From the IMG/VR virus record IMGVR_UViG_2563366953_000002, positions 1 through 49,559 of that record: a DNA stretch of 49,559 nucleotides; one strand, written 5' to 3'. The notes below the pieces were generated by a model. That model was not told the DNA's origin and did no database searches. It saw only the letters and a program-made list of their open reading frames with translations. This document shows, in pieces, positions 1 through 10,026 of the stretch (position 1 is its first letter; each line of letters starts with the position of its first letter). Source of the stretch: a virus. Its lineage: Duplodnaviria > Heunggongvirae > Uroviricota > Caudoviricetes. The translations under genes were made by a program, and so were the position numbers.

Positions 1-1236
1 CTACGATAACCGCGCATTCAACATAGCTACCTGTTCGTCGTTCATGTCATCAATCCACATACCGTAAATTTCATACACCATCTGCGCAGTTTCATGCCCC
101 ATCTGGCTGGCTATAAATGCCGGGTTCGCTCCTGCCGTCAACAGCCAGCAGGCAAAAGTATGTCGCGTATGGTACGGATTACGGCGGCGAATACCAGCAC
201 GTTTTACTGCTGCATTCCATCTCGCACCCAAACTGCTTACCGAGTAATAAGGTTTCTGTTTTCCGTTACACATCCTGGGCATGAAAACAAAATGCAGTTT
301 TTGCTTTTCGGTTCTGCCGTACTCCCGATGATAAAAAGTGATTTCGCTTTTGCGATGATGCCCGGTCAGTTTGTATTGCTCCTTCAGTGCTTCAAGAGCT
401 GGCTGTAGTAATGTTACCGTCCGGATCCCGGCATTTGTTTTTGGGGGACCGAACATATCAAGTATCGTCAGGTTTCTTCTGACATTCACAATTCCCTTCT
501 CGAAATCCACATCCTCCCACGCCAGAGCTGCCAGTTCCCCGTGACGAAGCCCGGAGTAAACGGCAAATTTCCACAAGTTTTGGCTCTGTCCTTTTTCACT
601 TTCCATTAATGCATTGAATTCTGTTTTAGATAACGGGTCAGGCTTTATTCTGTTTCGCTGTAATTTTTTTACTCCTTCAAATGGTTTGGTTGATATAAAT
701 CCCGACTGATACGCAAAACGTAACAGCGAACAGAGCAGGGCGATATAGTTATCAACTGTGCGCACGGTTCTTCCTTTTTTGTTGGATCTTGGATTATCCA
801 GGTAAAGCGTTTCTCCATGCAGCAGTTCATTCCGGTAGTTTAAGATATCGCTATAACGAATATATGATATCGGGGTACTTTCACAAATTATTATTCTGAG
901 TGTTTTTAATTGTGATTTCGTTTTCTTCATTGTGTTTGTTGTTAACTCTGTCTCTTTAATTTTTGTCCAGATATCACAAAGCTCCCCGAACGTTTTTATG
1001 ACTCTCGTTGTCACCATTTTTGCCCCAGTGCTGGACTGGGGAAAACGTCTTAAATACTCAAATTCACCGGAGTTTATTTCATGAACTATCAGCGCTCTTA
1101 AATTTCCGGCCTTTTTAATATTACTGTTTGTAATCTCCCAGCCTTTTAATGTTTCCCGACATCGTTTTCCTCGAAACATGAACCAGATGCGAATGTTTCT
1201 ACCTCTAATCTCGACACCTGTTGGTAATTTAGACAT
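1..1236 (-). CDS. int: phage tyrosine integrase
   Basis: 411-aa ORF with ATG at 1236 and stop at 1-3; C-terminal region carries tyrosine-recombinase-type motifs (..HTRHTFACWLL.., ..MGHETAQMVYEIYG..); terminal gene of the leftward early operon. Confidence 0.85.
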   Translation of the reverse strand: MSKLPTGVEIRGRNIRIWFMFRGKRCRETLKGWEITNSNIKKAGNLRALIVHEINSGEFEYLRRFPQSSTGAKMVTTRVIKTFGELCDIWTKIKETELTTNTMKKTKSQLKTLRIIICESTPISYIRYSDILNYRNELLHGETLYLDNPRSNKKGRTVRTVDNYIALLCSLLRFAYQSGFISTKPFEGVKKLQRNRIKPDPLSKTEFNALMESEKGQSQNLWKFAVYSGLRHGELAALAWEDVDFEKGIVNVRRNLTILDMFGPPKTNAGIRTVTLLQPALEALKEQYKLTGHHRKSEITFYHREYGRTEKQKLHFVFMPRMCNGKQKPYYSVSSLGARWNAAVKRAGIRRRNPYHTRHTFACWLLTAGANPAFIASQMGHETAQMVYEIYGMWIDDMNDEQVAMLNARLS

Positions 1237-1237
1237 A

Positions 1238-1453
1238 TCATGAGTCTTTGATAAACTGATTTATCTTTGGATAGTTGTACCAGATAATCCCTCGTTTGCT
1301 GTCTGGCTTACCTAAAGGAGATACTCGTTTGAAGTGAAAGCCTTCCACCCAGCAATTCTGACGGTATGCTTCAATTTGTCTGGCCCCCAGACCAGTACGA
1401 AGCATCAGACCGTATTCAACCATCCACTCTTCATTAAAAATCACTTGTGCCAT
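1238..1453 (-). CDS. putative excisionase-like protein
   Basis: Small ORF immediately upstream of int (stop 1 nt from the int start). The ORF track begins at a TTG; an in-frame ATG at 1453 is preceded by AGAGGTGA and gives a 71-aa product. Assignment by size and position only. Confidence 0.45.
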   Translation of the reverse strand: MAQVIFNEEWMVEYGLMLRTGLGARQIEAYRQNCWVEGFHFKRVSPLGKPDSKRGIIWYNYPKINQFIKDS

Positions 1454-1552
1454 CGCATCACCTCTGGCGGGCGACAATATTAGACTGAAATTGACGCCCG
1501 ACGTTGATTATTAATAATCAGCTATGAAGTTTTAATTTGAATACAATGCAAC

Positions 1553-1741
1553 TCACGAGGACAGAATTTTCTCGCAATTAAAATTTATCAGTTTTACTTT
1601 CTGTTCTCTGGAAACGCCATCTTCTTTTTTCCCTGAGAGCATTTTTTCGCATTCTGATTTCGTTAATTTAGATTTTGAATATCTTGTCCAGTTAGTAGGT
1701 GTGTCACCTTCCTTTTCAATAGTGGCGGTAATTTTATACAT
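1553..1741 (-). CDS. hypothetical small protein
   Basis: ORF 1553-1813 trimmed to the internal ATG at 1741, which is preceded by GGAGGTG and abuts the stop of the upstream gene. Confidence 0.35.
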   Translation of the reverse strand: MYKITATIEKEGDTPTNWTRYSKSKLTKSECEKMLSGKKEDGVSREQKVKLINFNCEKILSS

Positions 1742-1943
1742 GAACACCTCCATTATTATTTCCAGTAGTTCGTTTATTCCATCTTGCAAGTGCTTCTTTT
1801 TCACTTCCACCATAACCGGTTCGGGATTCGCATCCGTTACACTTCGCTCGGTAATATCCTGAAATGGCTTTCACCGTTACTGATGGACAACCACAAAATG
1901 GACATGGTTTGACTTTTTCATACCGCATTGTCTTTTTTCTCAT
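1734..1943 (-). CDS. Lar-family restriction-alleviation-like protein
   Basis: 69-aa product with a KPCPFCG...C.GC...EA..RWNKR pattern that I recall as typical of Lar-family small zinc-ribbon proteins; sits in the int-proximal part of the early operon. Confidence 0.6.
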   Translation of the reverse strand: MRKKTMRYEKVKPCPFCGCPSVTVKAISGYYRAKCNGCESRTGYGGSEKEALARWNKRTTGNNNGGVHV

Positions 1944-1991
1944 AAAATAAAGTTTTGTTATGGCGGTGAGGCTACACCGCCATAGTAAATA

Positions 1992-3044
1992 TCAGGAGCC
2001 GATATATTCTGGTTTCATATCTGTCAGTGTCGTTTTATACGCCTCATATAATTCTCCCAGATGTGGTCGTGCAGCATTCAGCGTATTTTCCAGAGCAGTA
2101 AATTTTTGTTCTGCTTCCGGATCACCTGATGAAGGCAGGTCATTTATCATCTTCTCAATACGGGCAATAGCATTGAGACGGTGATGACGCTGAACCACTT
2201 TTCCTTTAAGTTCCGTATAGAGAGCGCCAAGTGTATTTTTATGCTCTTCCACTTCCTGCCGAAGTGCTGTTGTTTCTCCGGTGCTTTGTGCCTGCTCAAT
2301 ACGTTCACGGAAAGCACTGATCCAGTTTTCCCCGGCATCCTGCTCAATAATTGTTGTTTCACGTTCCGCACGGCAGGCGGATGTGTTTTTATGTTCCTGA
2401 ACCGGATTAATGATTTTTTCCTGTTGTTCGTCCAGTTCGTCCCTGGTGTACACTCCAAGAATCACTTCAGGGCAATAAAGGCGCGCCCAGCGTTTCAGTG
2501 CCAGATAGGCAAGCTGCTGACGAGGATCATCGGCCCATAACGTTGAGTTACGTGTTCTGGCCTGCGCCAGAAGTAACTCCAGTACGCGTGGTTTGCTCTC
2601 TCCGCGTAGTGTTGCCTGGACGCGAACTCCGATTCCGTTTTCATCGGCCAGCTTCCAGCCAGGTACACGATATTCTTTCCCTTTGTCGTTCTTCCTGATT
2701 TCAAATTTCCCGATAATTTTTTCCCACGGCCCGAACCAGTCATATTCAATACGCCCGGTTAGCGGCCCACGAGTACTGATTACGGCATTAACCAGTTGCG
2801 CTTCATATCCGAGCACACCATTCACAACGAAAGTTTTCTGAGCTACTGCATAAGGATTCATTTGCCACTGCATCGCCTGCATGGTGATGGCCATGCAGTC
2901 TGATGGATTTCCTCGGAGGTGTTCCGGTACAGTAGCCATGCCGGAAGCCATTACCTGAGAAAACGTCTGAATTGCAGCCAGAGACTGAGGGCTGAAAACC
3001 GCAACATTAGAGTTAATATTTTCTTGTTGAGTTAATTCGTTCAT
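1992..3044 (-). CDS. Bet/RecT-family single-strand annealing protein
   Basis: 350-aa ORF with ATG at 3044 after GAGGAAGG. The segment ..STLWADDPRQQLAYLALKRWARLYCPEVILGVYTRDE.. aligns by eye with my recollection of lambda Bet (..GPWQSHPKRMLRHKAMIQCARLAFGFAGIYDKDE..). Lies directly downstream of the large exonuclease gene. Confidence 0.7.
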   Translation of the reverse strand: MNELTQQENINSNVAVFSPQSLAAIQTFSQVMASGMATVPEHLRGNPSDCMAITMQAMQWQMNPYAVAQKTFVVNGVLGYEAQLVNAVISTRGPLTGRIEYDWFGPWEKIIGKFEIRKNDKGKEYRVPGWKLADENGIGVRVQATLRGESKPRVLELLLAQARTRNSTLWADDPRQQLAYLALKRWARLYCPEVILGVYTRDELDEQQEKIINPVQEHKNTSACRAERETTIIEQDAGENWISAFRERIEQAQSTGETTALRQEVEEHKNTLGALYTELKGKVVQRHHRLNAIARIEKMINDLPSSGDPEAEQKFTALENTLNAARPHLGELYEAYKTTLTDMKPEYIGS

Positions 3045-3055
3045 TGTGTCCTTCC

Positions 3056-6000
3056 TCAGATGCTCAGTGCTTCAAGACGACGAAGATCAAAGTCGTTTAA
3101 TTCGTCGGTATAACTTTCGGTAATCGGTGCTGGCCAGTTGTTTGTCTCCAGCGCTTCGTTTATCTGTCGTAGCGTCCGGCGATATTCCTGTCGACCAAGT
3201 TCCAGGAGTTCCTGCGAGGCTTCCACGACTGCCACCCAGTGATAGCCAGCATCTTTGTTGACGAAGATCCAGAAAAATTTGTCCAGGTTTGCCACATCGC
3301 AATACATTGCGGCGCTGAGGTGATAATCACGCTCAATAATTTCACGGTGCAGGCGATCTTTAAGTCGTTCCTGCCGCACATAACCGAGGCTGACTGACTT
3401 CACGTCAGCGCAAATGCTTTCGTATGGCAGCCGGATTTCGATATCAGGACGGACCCTAATTTCCAGCCCGGTTTCTTCATCAAACCCGAAATAGCTGATT
3501 TCAGATTTGCGATCCGGGTGGTTGAGTAGCCTTGCTGCATCGGTATTGTTTTGCAGTGCCGCGTGAATATTTTTTGCCTGTTCATACATATCCGGACTGA
3601 TAAACGTTTTCCCGGCGTTTTCTTCTTGCTGGCGTTTTTGCCAGTCCTCCAGTGTCACCAGGTCCGGGCGAATTTTCCGTGCGATTTCGGTTAATTGCTC
3701 TTTTGTGCCACTGATGTTGTAAGGCAAAGATTTAGCACGTTCTTTTTTTGCCAGTTCTGGGTCTACAGTTTCAATTTGATCCAGAAGCTGCTCCCGTGCT
3801 CCACTGGTTTTCAACAGAGGAGGGAGGCTTGCGTTGTATTCTTTAATACAGGCTTTCATTGCTGATGCTGTGTGTTTTTCCCCCTCAGGAATACGCCGAA
3901 ACTCCTCCGGAAGCGAACCGTAAAGGATGCCTGTTTCTTCGGCCCCAGCGCTTACCGACAGTGGCTGTATAAGAGTGCTGTTGTAGCTTTCGATCCACTC
4001 TTTCATCTGCTCTGGTGTCATCAGTGATGGCAGACTGGCATTATGTTTTTTAATGATGGTGATCAGTTCGTTAGAAGTAGTAACCACATATTCAGGAACC
4101 GGTACCGGAATGGCATATTCATCAGCGAATTTATCCGTTTCCAGAACATAGCTGTGAATGATCCGCCCACGCAGCAATGCATCACTTTCCTCGTTCGGGA
4201 TAGTTCCGGCAATGTGCCGCCCGTGGTAATACATCAGACTGATGCGGGCATCCTTCAGCATTGTGCTGCTTATTCCGTTGGCGGAGTGATAAACCTCGTT
4301 CGGGAGGTTTTCATAGCGACCAGGCTCGAAATATGACGGCCACATGATTTCAGTTGCTACATGAGCTGACGCTTCACCAGTTTCATCACTGCAATCGTGA
4401 TGCGGATGGTTGCCAGCGTTCTCCTTGTGCGGATGTTCAGCGCCTTCCATTTCCTCCGGATCTTTTTCCTGAGATTCATCCAGATTTTCTCCATCGAATG
4501 TTTCCTGGTATGTTGCGTCGCCCATCACCGCACCACAGTCAGGGCAGTTATCCCCGCCAGTCTGACCGCAGGCATTGCAGACTATTTCCGGTTCCCGTTG
4601 CACTACTGGCTCAGGTTGTTTCACATCCTGACTGGTTTTTTCCGTTTCTGGCTGGTTCTGGTTCACAGAATCGCGAGTCTGGATCCCTTTAACCCATTTC
4701 GGATCATTCGGGTCGCTAATTCCGTCAACAAATTCACCACGTGATGCAGCAAGCAATTTGTCGGCATCGACAGGATTTTTTGATGGAATGTTTTTCCGGG
4801 CTTCATGGAGCTCTTCCCGCAGTTCCTGATATTTCGCATCAACAGATTTTACCTGTGACTGAGCATCCAGCGGCTGCGTGTTCTGATGATGTTCAGTTGC
4901 ATCCGGTTCCACTGTTTCAGCCGTTGCCTGTTCATTTGCCATTGCGCAAGATGGTTGCGGTTTTTCTTCATCATCCTGTTTTTCTTCTGCTACACGCTGC
5001 GGCATTGGGGCAGAGGAGCGACCGCAGGCAATATCCACGATTTCCGGATCAGGGTTGGCATGATCGGTTTCAGTCAGCACCCTGCTCAGATATTCGGTGA
5101 CACGGTGGTGGGTAGCCTCGATACCAATTGGTGCTTCTTTTACGGACGCAACCACAATGGCGCGGGAATAATCCAGCCCGCCAGGCATGGTGATGAATTT
5201 GTCGCGGAAAACAGAAAAGGGCGGTTTATTTTCAGCGATAATTTCCTCAATGCGTTTAGCGTGTGCCGGATGAAGGTTATAGATGTCCACGTCCATTGAA
5301 CGGGCCAGTACGCCAGTGGCTACGTCGCGCGCCAGTGACGTAAGATCGTGGACGAAACCTTCGCCGCGATCGGTGAGGTTCCCGCCGCCAGCATTAGCAC
5401 CGGAAGCCGTGCGAGTGATGCGTGAAACACGATTCCCTTTTCGCCATTCTTTTGTCAGAAGACCGCGATCAATGTGTTCGGTATCCAGCCAGGCTGAAAT
5501 GAAATTCTTAAATTCATAGGGCTGATGTTTTTTCGTGATAGAGAAAACCGCCTTAATTGCATCAGTCAGGCGGAGCAGGGCGGCATTATCCAGAGTTGTC
5601 GGTTCTGCCATGCCGCGTATGGCCAACAGCAGATTCTGGACATAGCTGTTTTCCTGGTCCATCTCAAGAGCAGTAATGTGTTCGCGTTGTTCACGGGTGG
5701 CATGATGCAGGTATTTCCGATCCCCGGCCGCATACGTAAAAATGTGCAGAAGACGCTGTGTGAACCGCAAAGTGGCTACAGAGACTTCGCAATCCTGGCA
5801 ATCCCCGTGGGCGTCTGCCTGCGCGTTTTCTTCCTGGCCTCCCGCCAGTTCTTTGGTTTCCTGAGCATTATCCTGGTGGTTAACGTCGTCTGGCGCTGCA
5901 CCCGGTTTTAGTTCCCAGGTCATGGAGTCTTTGCTGAGTTGATAGCGTTCACTCCAGGTAAAATCGATCTCACCTTCAGGGGGCAGGTCATTAACGACAG

Positions 6001-6175
6001 GAAAATTAGTTGCAATAGCTTTAAAATAGTTGCTCAGTTTTTTACCTGACTTAACGATCAGGTAGTCCAGAGTGGCACAGGTTGATTCAAAATCGTCGCT
6101 TGCCCACAGGACGACGTCAGGCTCACCGGATGATTTTTTCGCTTTCCGTAAAAGGAAGAGTGGTTTTGTGCTCAT
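3056..6175 (-). CDS. RecE-like exonuclease (exodeoxyribonuclease VIII-like)
   Basis: 1039-aa ORF with ATG at 6175 after GAGG. Acidic low-complexity N-terminal half with a Cys cluster; the C-terminal domain has a PD-(D/E)xK-like arrangement (..[16 protein letters not shown]..). Paired with the Bet/RecT-like gene as in recE-recT modules. Confidence 0.65.
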   Translation of the reverse strand: MSTKPLFLLRKAKKSSGEPDVVLWASDDFESTCATLDYLIVKSGKKLSNYFKAIATNFPVVNDLPPEGEIDFTWSERYQLSKDSMTWELKPGAAPDDVNHQDNAQETKELAGGQEENAQADAHGDCQDCEVSVATLRFTQRLLHIFTYAAGDRKYLHHATREQREHITALEMDQENSYVQNLLLAIRGMAEPTTLDNAALLRLTDAIKAVFSITKKHQPYEFKNFISAWLDTEHIDRGLLTKEWRKGNRVSRITRTASGANAGGGNLTDRGEGFVHDLTSLARDVATGVLARSMDVDIYNLHPAHAKRIEEIIAENKPPFSVFRDKFITMPGGLDYSRAIVVASVKEAPIGIEATHHRVTEYLSRVLTETDHANPDPEIVDIACGRSSAPMPQRVAEEKQDDEEKPQPSCAMANEQATAETVEPDATEHHQNTQPLDAQSQVKSVDAKYQELREELHEARKNIPSKNPVDADKLLAASRGEFVDGISDPNDPKWVKGIQTRDSVNQNQPETEKTSQDVKQPEPVVQREPEIVCNACGQTGGDNCPDCGAVMGDATYQETFDGENLDESQEKDPEEMEGAEHPHKENAGNHPHHDCSDETGEASAHVATEIMWPSYFEPGRYENLPNEVYHSANGISSTMLKDARISLMYYHGRHIAGTIPNEESDALLRGRIIHSYVLETDKFADEYAIPVPVPEYVVTTSNELITIIKKHNASLPSLMTPEQMKEWIESYNSTLIQPLSVSAGAEETGILYGSLPEEFRRIPEGEKHTASAMKACIKEYNASLPPLLKTSGAREQLLDQIETVDPELAKKERAKSLPYNISGTKEQLTEIARKIRPDLVTLEDWQKRQQEENAGKTFISPDMYEQAKNIHAALQNNTDAARLLNHPDRKSEISYFGFDEETGLEIRVRPDIEIRLPYESICADVKSVSLGYVRQERLKDRLHREIIERDYHLSAAMYCDVANLDKFFWIFVNKDAGYHWVAVVEASQELLELGRQEYRRTLRQINEALETNNWPAPITESYTDELNDFDLRRLEALSI

Positions 6176-6274
6176 TGTTTTTTAACCTCAACTCAGATTA
6201 AAATTACTGCGAGTGATGAATAAATGTCCCAGGTTCTTCACTCAGGCCTGCACACAGTGCAGGCTTTCTTTTTT

Positions 6275-6550
6275 TCAGATTTCACCGTTTAATTTCATTG
6301 CGATCAGAGTTGCCAGAAATCCGGCTTTTTTTTCTGCGGGCAGATTCTTTCCGATGTGAACCAGGCTCATTTTTGTGACACCTTCATCAAGTGTTTTTAC
6401 GTTGCCTGATGGACCATCGATATCAACCACAGTGAATGGGGTTTCTTTATTTTCTGTTTTAATTACGTAGCCAATGCGCTTTCCTTCCAGATTCACCTCG
6501 TGAACAATGTCATCGGTAGTTACAACAGTGGTTTCATAATTGGTAATCAT
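6275..6550 (-). CDS. hypothetical protein (RacC-like position)
   Basis: ORF 6275-6598 trimmed to the ATG at 6550, which follows AAGGAGAAAAAC; 91-aa product beginning MITNYETTVV. Confidence 0.4.
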   Translation of the reverse strand: MITNYETTVVTTDDIVHEVNLEGKRIGYVIKTENKETPFTVVDIDGPSGNVKTLDEGVTKMSLVHIGKNLPAEKKAGFLATLIAMKLNGEI

Positions 6551-6624
6551 GTTTTTCTCCTTAATTAAGGTTGAGCGAATCCCTGCCATTTCTGGCATAA
6601 ATTCAGTTTCGAATAGTCAGTTAA

Positions 6625-6801
6625 TTAAAGTTCGTGTGCCATCTGGTCTTTTTCGGCACAAGCTGCACTGCAATATTTTCTCGGTTCGTCTTTTGATAAA
6701 GTCCCGTGCATGAAGTGAAGCATTCTTTCAATAGCTTTACTTTCTTCAACGTCTTTTTTGCAAAGGTGGTAAGCACATTTTATTTTCTTAGTCATCACCA
6801 T
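6625..6801 (-). CDS. small Cys-rich protein, possible zinc-binding (YdaE-like)
   Basis: 58-aa ORF hand-translated (too short for the ORF track): [16 protein letters not shown]...[17 protein letters not shown]. Its start overlaps the stop of the upstream KilR-like gene. Confidence 0.4.
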   Translation of the reverse strand: MVMTKKIKCAYHLCKKDVEESKAIERMLHFMHGTLSKDEPRKYCSAACAEKDQMAHEL

Positions 6802-7016
6802 GACTCCGCCTTTACAGGTAAACCATCACGACCGAGGAAGACTTTAATCATGCGGTCAGTAATGCATGTTTTTGTGGTCAGGTTACGAATATAAAGTTTT
6901 CGCTTTTTAATATTGTTTGCCGAGGCAATATATGTCCGGCCTTCATGAAGAACATAATCGCCAGGAGTCACACACTGACGTGGTATTTCATCAGTTCCAA
7001 AGTGATGAGCAATCAT
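6795..7016 (-). CDS. kilR: KilR-like cell-division inhibitor
   Basis: 73-aa product from the ATG at 7016 (GGAG 8 nt upstream): [46 protein letters not shown]... matches my recollection of Rac prophage KilR. Confidence 0.55.
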   Translation of the reverse strand: MIAHHFGTDEIPRQCVTPGDYVLHEGRTYIASANNIKKRKLYIRNLTTKTCITDRMIKVFLGRDGLPVKAESW

Positions 7017-7422
7017 AATTATCTCCATTTTTTACAAATGAACTTTGTCGATGCGGTGCCTGGTGCCTCCAGGTGACTGCAACCAGTTAACAATTACAGT
7101 CGGCTTTCCCACCCAAACCAATAAGGACTAACATGACTTTTAACTGTGCCGCGTGCGCTTAGCCGCATTCACCGCATCACAAAATTCACTTTAAAAAGGG
7201 CGGACATCAGCCGAACTTCAAGAAAAAACTGATGCCGCCAGGACTACACACAGCAATGTCGTTATTTACAACCGGAGGCGCACTCCCACCATTTAAATTT
7301 AACAGACAAGACCGACTCTTTATGGATATCGGAAATGCGCCTTCGTGTTGTATGCCTGTCTTTTTACCACTTCAGGCTCGGTGGTATACTGGAGTTCTCA
7401 CACAACCAGTAAGGAATTGCTT

Positions 7423-7656
7423 ATGCCTATTCAATCTCAACACAAAAATATTGATTATCTTTCCGCCAGATTAGAGGCTACCGCGCTTGTTCTTGAAGAA
7501 CTTGTTAAACTTCTTACGCCAGAGCAGCGTGAAAAACTGAATCTGGCAATTGCCGGGCGTTGCCCGGGCGTGAAAAATGCATCTCTCAGGAATAGAAATT
7601 CTCCCGCATATCAATTATTACAGTTCATCAACGATGGCGTCGGCAGCAGCGATTAA
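7423..7656 (+). CDS. hypothetical protein, opposite strand within the early region
   Basis: ATG at 7423 preceded by AAGGAA; promoter-like TTTACC(A)..TGGTATACT upstream at about 7360-7395; 77-aa product; converges on and overlaps the next leftward gene by 39 nt. Confidence 0.4.
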   Translation: MPIQSQHKNIDYLSARLEATALVLEELVKLLTPEQREKLNLAIAGRCPGVKNASLRNRNSPAYQLLQFINDGVGSSD

Positions 7657-7923
7657 TTTTTCTAATGCCTCTTCGACATGATAATTGTATGGTTGTAGTG
7701 ACCTGAGATCTGTAATTGCATCAGCCAGGTTTTGTGCCATTACGGCTGGTGCGATTTTTTTTGCTACTGATACCCGGCTGGCGAGTTCCAGTGCGAGACG
7801 TGCCTGCCTTGGAGTTAGCTCTCTTTCCTTTGCCATTGTTGATGCCTGTACAGACAATTCATACGCCAGACAAAATACAGCATTATTCGTTTCTAGCGGG
7901 TCAATACTCTGAGTAATTGTCAT
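7618..7923 (-). CDS. hypothetical protein, first gene of the leftward early operon
   Basis: ORF 7618-7971 trimmed to the ATG at 7923 (AGGGGAGAGATAAG upstream); 101 aa; no recognisable motifs. Confidence 0.4.
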   Translation of the reverse strand: MTITQSIDPLETNNAVFCLAYELSVQASTMAKERELTPRQARLALELASRVSVAKKIAPAVMAQNLADAITDLRSLQPYNYHVEEALEKLIAAADAIVDEL

Positions 7924-8089
7924 CTTATCTCTCCCCTTAACGCCGGGTGGCGGAACTAAAACCTGCTGCACTGCAACATTTGAACCCTGCCGTCATGTTC
8001 TTACGCCTCGGGCTGGCTACTTACCCCCTGACCACTGCCTGGTAACTCGAAGTATTGCCCGGCGTTCTGTGGGGCGGGGTGGGTTGGTA

Positions 8090-8160
8090 GGTATATGATG
8101 TACTTTGTGTTCATTGTTGTAAAGTACTTTAAGTACATTTTGTGTGTAAAAAAATGAGAT
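8090..8160. promoter_or_regulatory. putative left operator/promoter region
   Basis: Copies of TGTACT/AGTACT at about 8099-8104, 8123-8128 and 8132-8137 (inverted), including the near-palindrome AAGTACTTTAAGTACA; lies between the repressor gene and the leftward operon. Coordinates approximate. Confidence 0.35.
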
Positions 8161-8213
8161 GGGATAAAGTGAAGCACAAACCCGGAGGGGGACGCTACCG
8201 GATTTATGCTGGT

Positions 8214-8633
8214 TTAAGAGGCTTTTTGTTTTTTCTTTCGTGCTAACTCTTCGTAAATTGCATTGTACTTCTGTTTTTTCTCCTCAAGAGTTTTTAAAAG
8301 TTCATCTGTCTCACTGTCAGGGAGCTCGTCCAGAAGGTCAATGATGATTTTTTGTCTTGGATTTAACTCCTGATAGAAACGTACCTGTCCACTTTCTTCT
8401 GTATCCTCTCCCAAAAGATAGGTTGGTGTTGTTCCAATGAGTGTTGCTAATTCCCTTAATTTCTCTCGGCGAGGAATTGTTTCGCCATTAAACCATTTGC
8501 TAACCGCTTTTGGTGTTAATTTCATTCGACGGGCAATTTCTGCCTGCCTTCCATGTTGTTCATAACCAGCGTTTTCACAGGCTAGCGCAAGCCTACTGGC
8601 GAACTCTTTACGCGCTTTATCTTCATGAACCAT
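8214..8633 (-). CDS. HTH (XRE-family) phage repressor, RacR/CI-like
   Basis: 139-aa ORF with a helix-turn-helix segment (..QAEIARRMKLTPKAVSKWFNGETIP..); no LexA-like S24 peptidase domain; divergent from the Cro-like gene. Confidence 0.75.
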   Translation of the reverse strand: MVHEDKARKEFASRLALACENAGYEQHGRQAEIARRMKLTPKAVSKWFNGETIPRREKLRELATLIGTTPTYLLGEDTEESGQVRFYQELNPRQKIIIDLLDELPDSETDELLKTLEEKKQKYNAIYEELARKKKQKAS

Positions 8634-8712
8634 AAGTTCAATGATATTCGCTCTTGAATGTACTGTCAGTTCTGTTATAGCATGTACTCAAAGTTCACAT
8701 TGTGAGGGTGAT
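8634..8712. promoter_or_regulatory. putative right operator/divergent promoter region
   Basis: 79-bp intergenic region between the divergent repressor and Cro-like genes with two ATGTACT copies (about 8658-8664 and 8682-8688) 24 bp apart. Confidence 0.4.
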
Positions 8713-8967
8713 ATGAACCAGAAAACACTTGAAGATGTAATCAAAACTGTTCGCGTTTCTGTTGTGGCCGACGTTTGTGGTGTCAGCCAAAGAGCAATCT
8801 ACAAATGGATGGATAACGGAAAACTGCCTCGCACAGAATATACCGGCGAAACAAATTACGCTGAAAAAATCGCTCATGCATCAAACGGATTATTTTCTGC
8901 CGATGCAATTTTAACTATTGGCAAAAATAAAACTACTACGAAAAAGCTGATGGGAGTTGATTCATGA
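8713..8967 (+). CDS. Cro/YdaS-like HTH DNA-binding protein
   Basis: ATG at 8713 after GAGGGTGA; 84 aa with an HTH segment (..VADVCGVSQRAIYKWMDNGKLP..); first gene of the rightward early operon. Confidence 0.55.
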   Translation: MNQKTLEDVIKTVRVSVVADVCGVSQRAIYKWMDNGKLPRTEYTGETNYAEKIAHASNGLFSADAILTIGKNKTTTKKLMGVDS

Positions 8968-9386
8968 AAATCAAGCATGAGCACATCGAATCAGTGTTGT
9001 TAGCCCTGGCAGCCGAAAAAGGGCAGGCATGGGTAGCCAATGCAATTACTGAAGAATATCTGCGCCAGGGGGGCGGCGAATTGCCCCTGGTTCCAGGCAA
9101 GGACTGGAACAATCAGCAGAATATCTATCACCGTTGGTTGAAAGGTGAAACGAAAACGCAAAGAGAAAAAATTCAGAAGCTGATCCCAGCAATTCTGGCA
9201 ATCCTTCCGCGCGAGCTGCGTCACCGACTCTGCATCTTCGATACCCTGGAACGCCGTGCATTACTGGCGGCGCAGGAAGCGTTGAGTACGGCAATTGATG
9301 CGCATGATGATGCAGTCCAGGCCATTTACCGGAAAGCGCATTTCAGCGGCGGTGGTTCGTCCGGCGATTCTGTTGTTGTTCATTAA
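8964..9386 (+). CDS. YdaT-like protein
   Basis: 140-aa ORF whose ATG overlaps the upstream stop (ATGA); begins MKIKHEHI and ends ..VVVH, as I recall for Rac YdaT; position after the Cro/YdaS-like gene. Confidence 0.5.
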   Translation: MKIKHEHIESVLLALAAEKGQAWVANAITEEYLRQGGGELPLVPGKDWNNQQNIYHRWLKGETKTQREKIQKLIPAILAILPRELRHRLCIFDTLERRALLAAQEALSTAIDAHDDAVQAIYRKAHFSGGGSSGDSVVVH

Positions 9387-9398
9387 GGTGATGTGGTG

Positions 9399-9695
9399 AT
9401 GGAAAAATATGAACTGAAAAAATACCGACTTAAAACACTGGAAGGCGAAACATTGCTTCAGCGTATAGCCCGAAATGTTGCCTGGTATGCCATACGACTC
9501 TCTCTGCATCGCCATCTTGTTAACGGGTATCCCTCGTCAACGCTGTTGTTCATCAATATCAAAGATAAAGAAAAAGCCGCAGAACACATTCGGTGGATGG
9601 AACTGGCGCAGGGACAAGCTCTTGATATTGAGTATGGCGATGAGATCGACTACAGCAAAGCTCAACCGCTGCGCCACGTAATTTTTAGGGGGTGA
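9399..9695 (+). CDS. hypothetical protein
   Basis: ORF track start is GTG at 9393; the ATG at 9399 is preceded by AAGGTGATGTGGTG; 98 aa. Confidence 0.4.
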   Translation: MEKYELKKYRLKTLEGETLLQRIARNVAWYAIRLSLHRHLVNGYPSSTLLFINIKDKEKAAEHIRWMELAQGQALDIEYGDEIDYSKAQPLRHVIFRG

Positions 9696-9947
9696 TTATG
9701 ACATCTTTTCTTTTAGCTTTTGTAGGGCAACGATCAGTTCATCAATTTGGGTTGCATCCATTATCAACTCTAGTTTGTGATAAGCCCCGTAATTTAGCTC
9801 CTGTGTGTGGAATTCCTGGGCAAGTATTTTTACTCCTCCGCGATTGAGCATTCCTGAGGTGCTAAAAATTTTTGACTCGGTTCCAGTAATACTGTCCACC
9901 CAAAATTTTTGTGGGAATGGAGCAGACTTATCAAATGTAAAAGACAT
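9696..9947 (-). CDS. hypothetical protein on the opposite strand
   Basis: 83-aa ORF with ATG at 9947 after a strong AAGGAGG; embedded between rightward early genes; no motifs recognised. Confidence 0.45.
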   Translation of the reverse strand: MSFTFDKSAPFPQKFWVDSITGTESKIFSTSGMLNRGGVKILAQEFHTQELNYGAYHKLELIMDATQIDELIVALQKLKEKMS

Positions 9948-10026
9948 GTCGAACCTCCTTTGGTTCTGTTGATTGGGGAATCACAGATTATATCCGGAGG
10001 AAGGTTCGACACCAGATGAGGCAATT

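Noticed and set aside
4043-5911. Series of plus-strand ORFs (97-137 aa) inside the RecE-like gene
   Set aside because: All are antisense to one long, motif-bearing ORF; Pro/His/Arg-rich translations; no RBS.
8641-8712. Longer N-terminal extension of the Cro/YdaS-like ORF starting at 8641
   Set aside because: That ATG lies 8 nt from the divergent repressor start with no SD; the ATG at 8713 has GAGGGTGA upstream and leaves an operator-bearing intergenic region.
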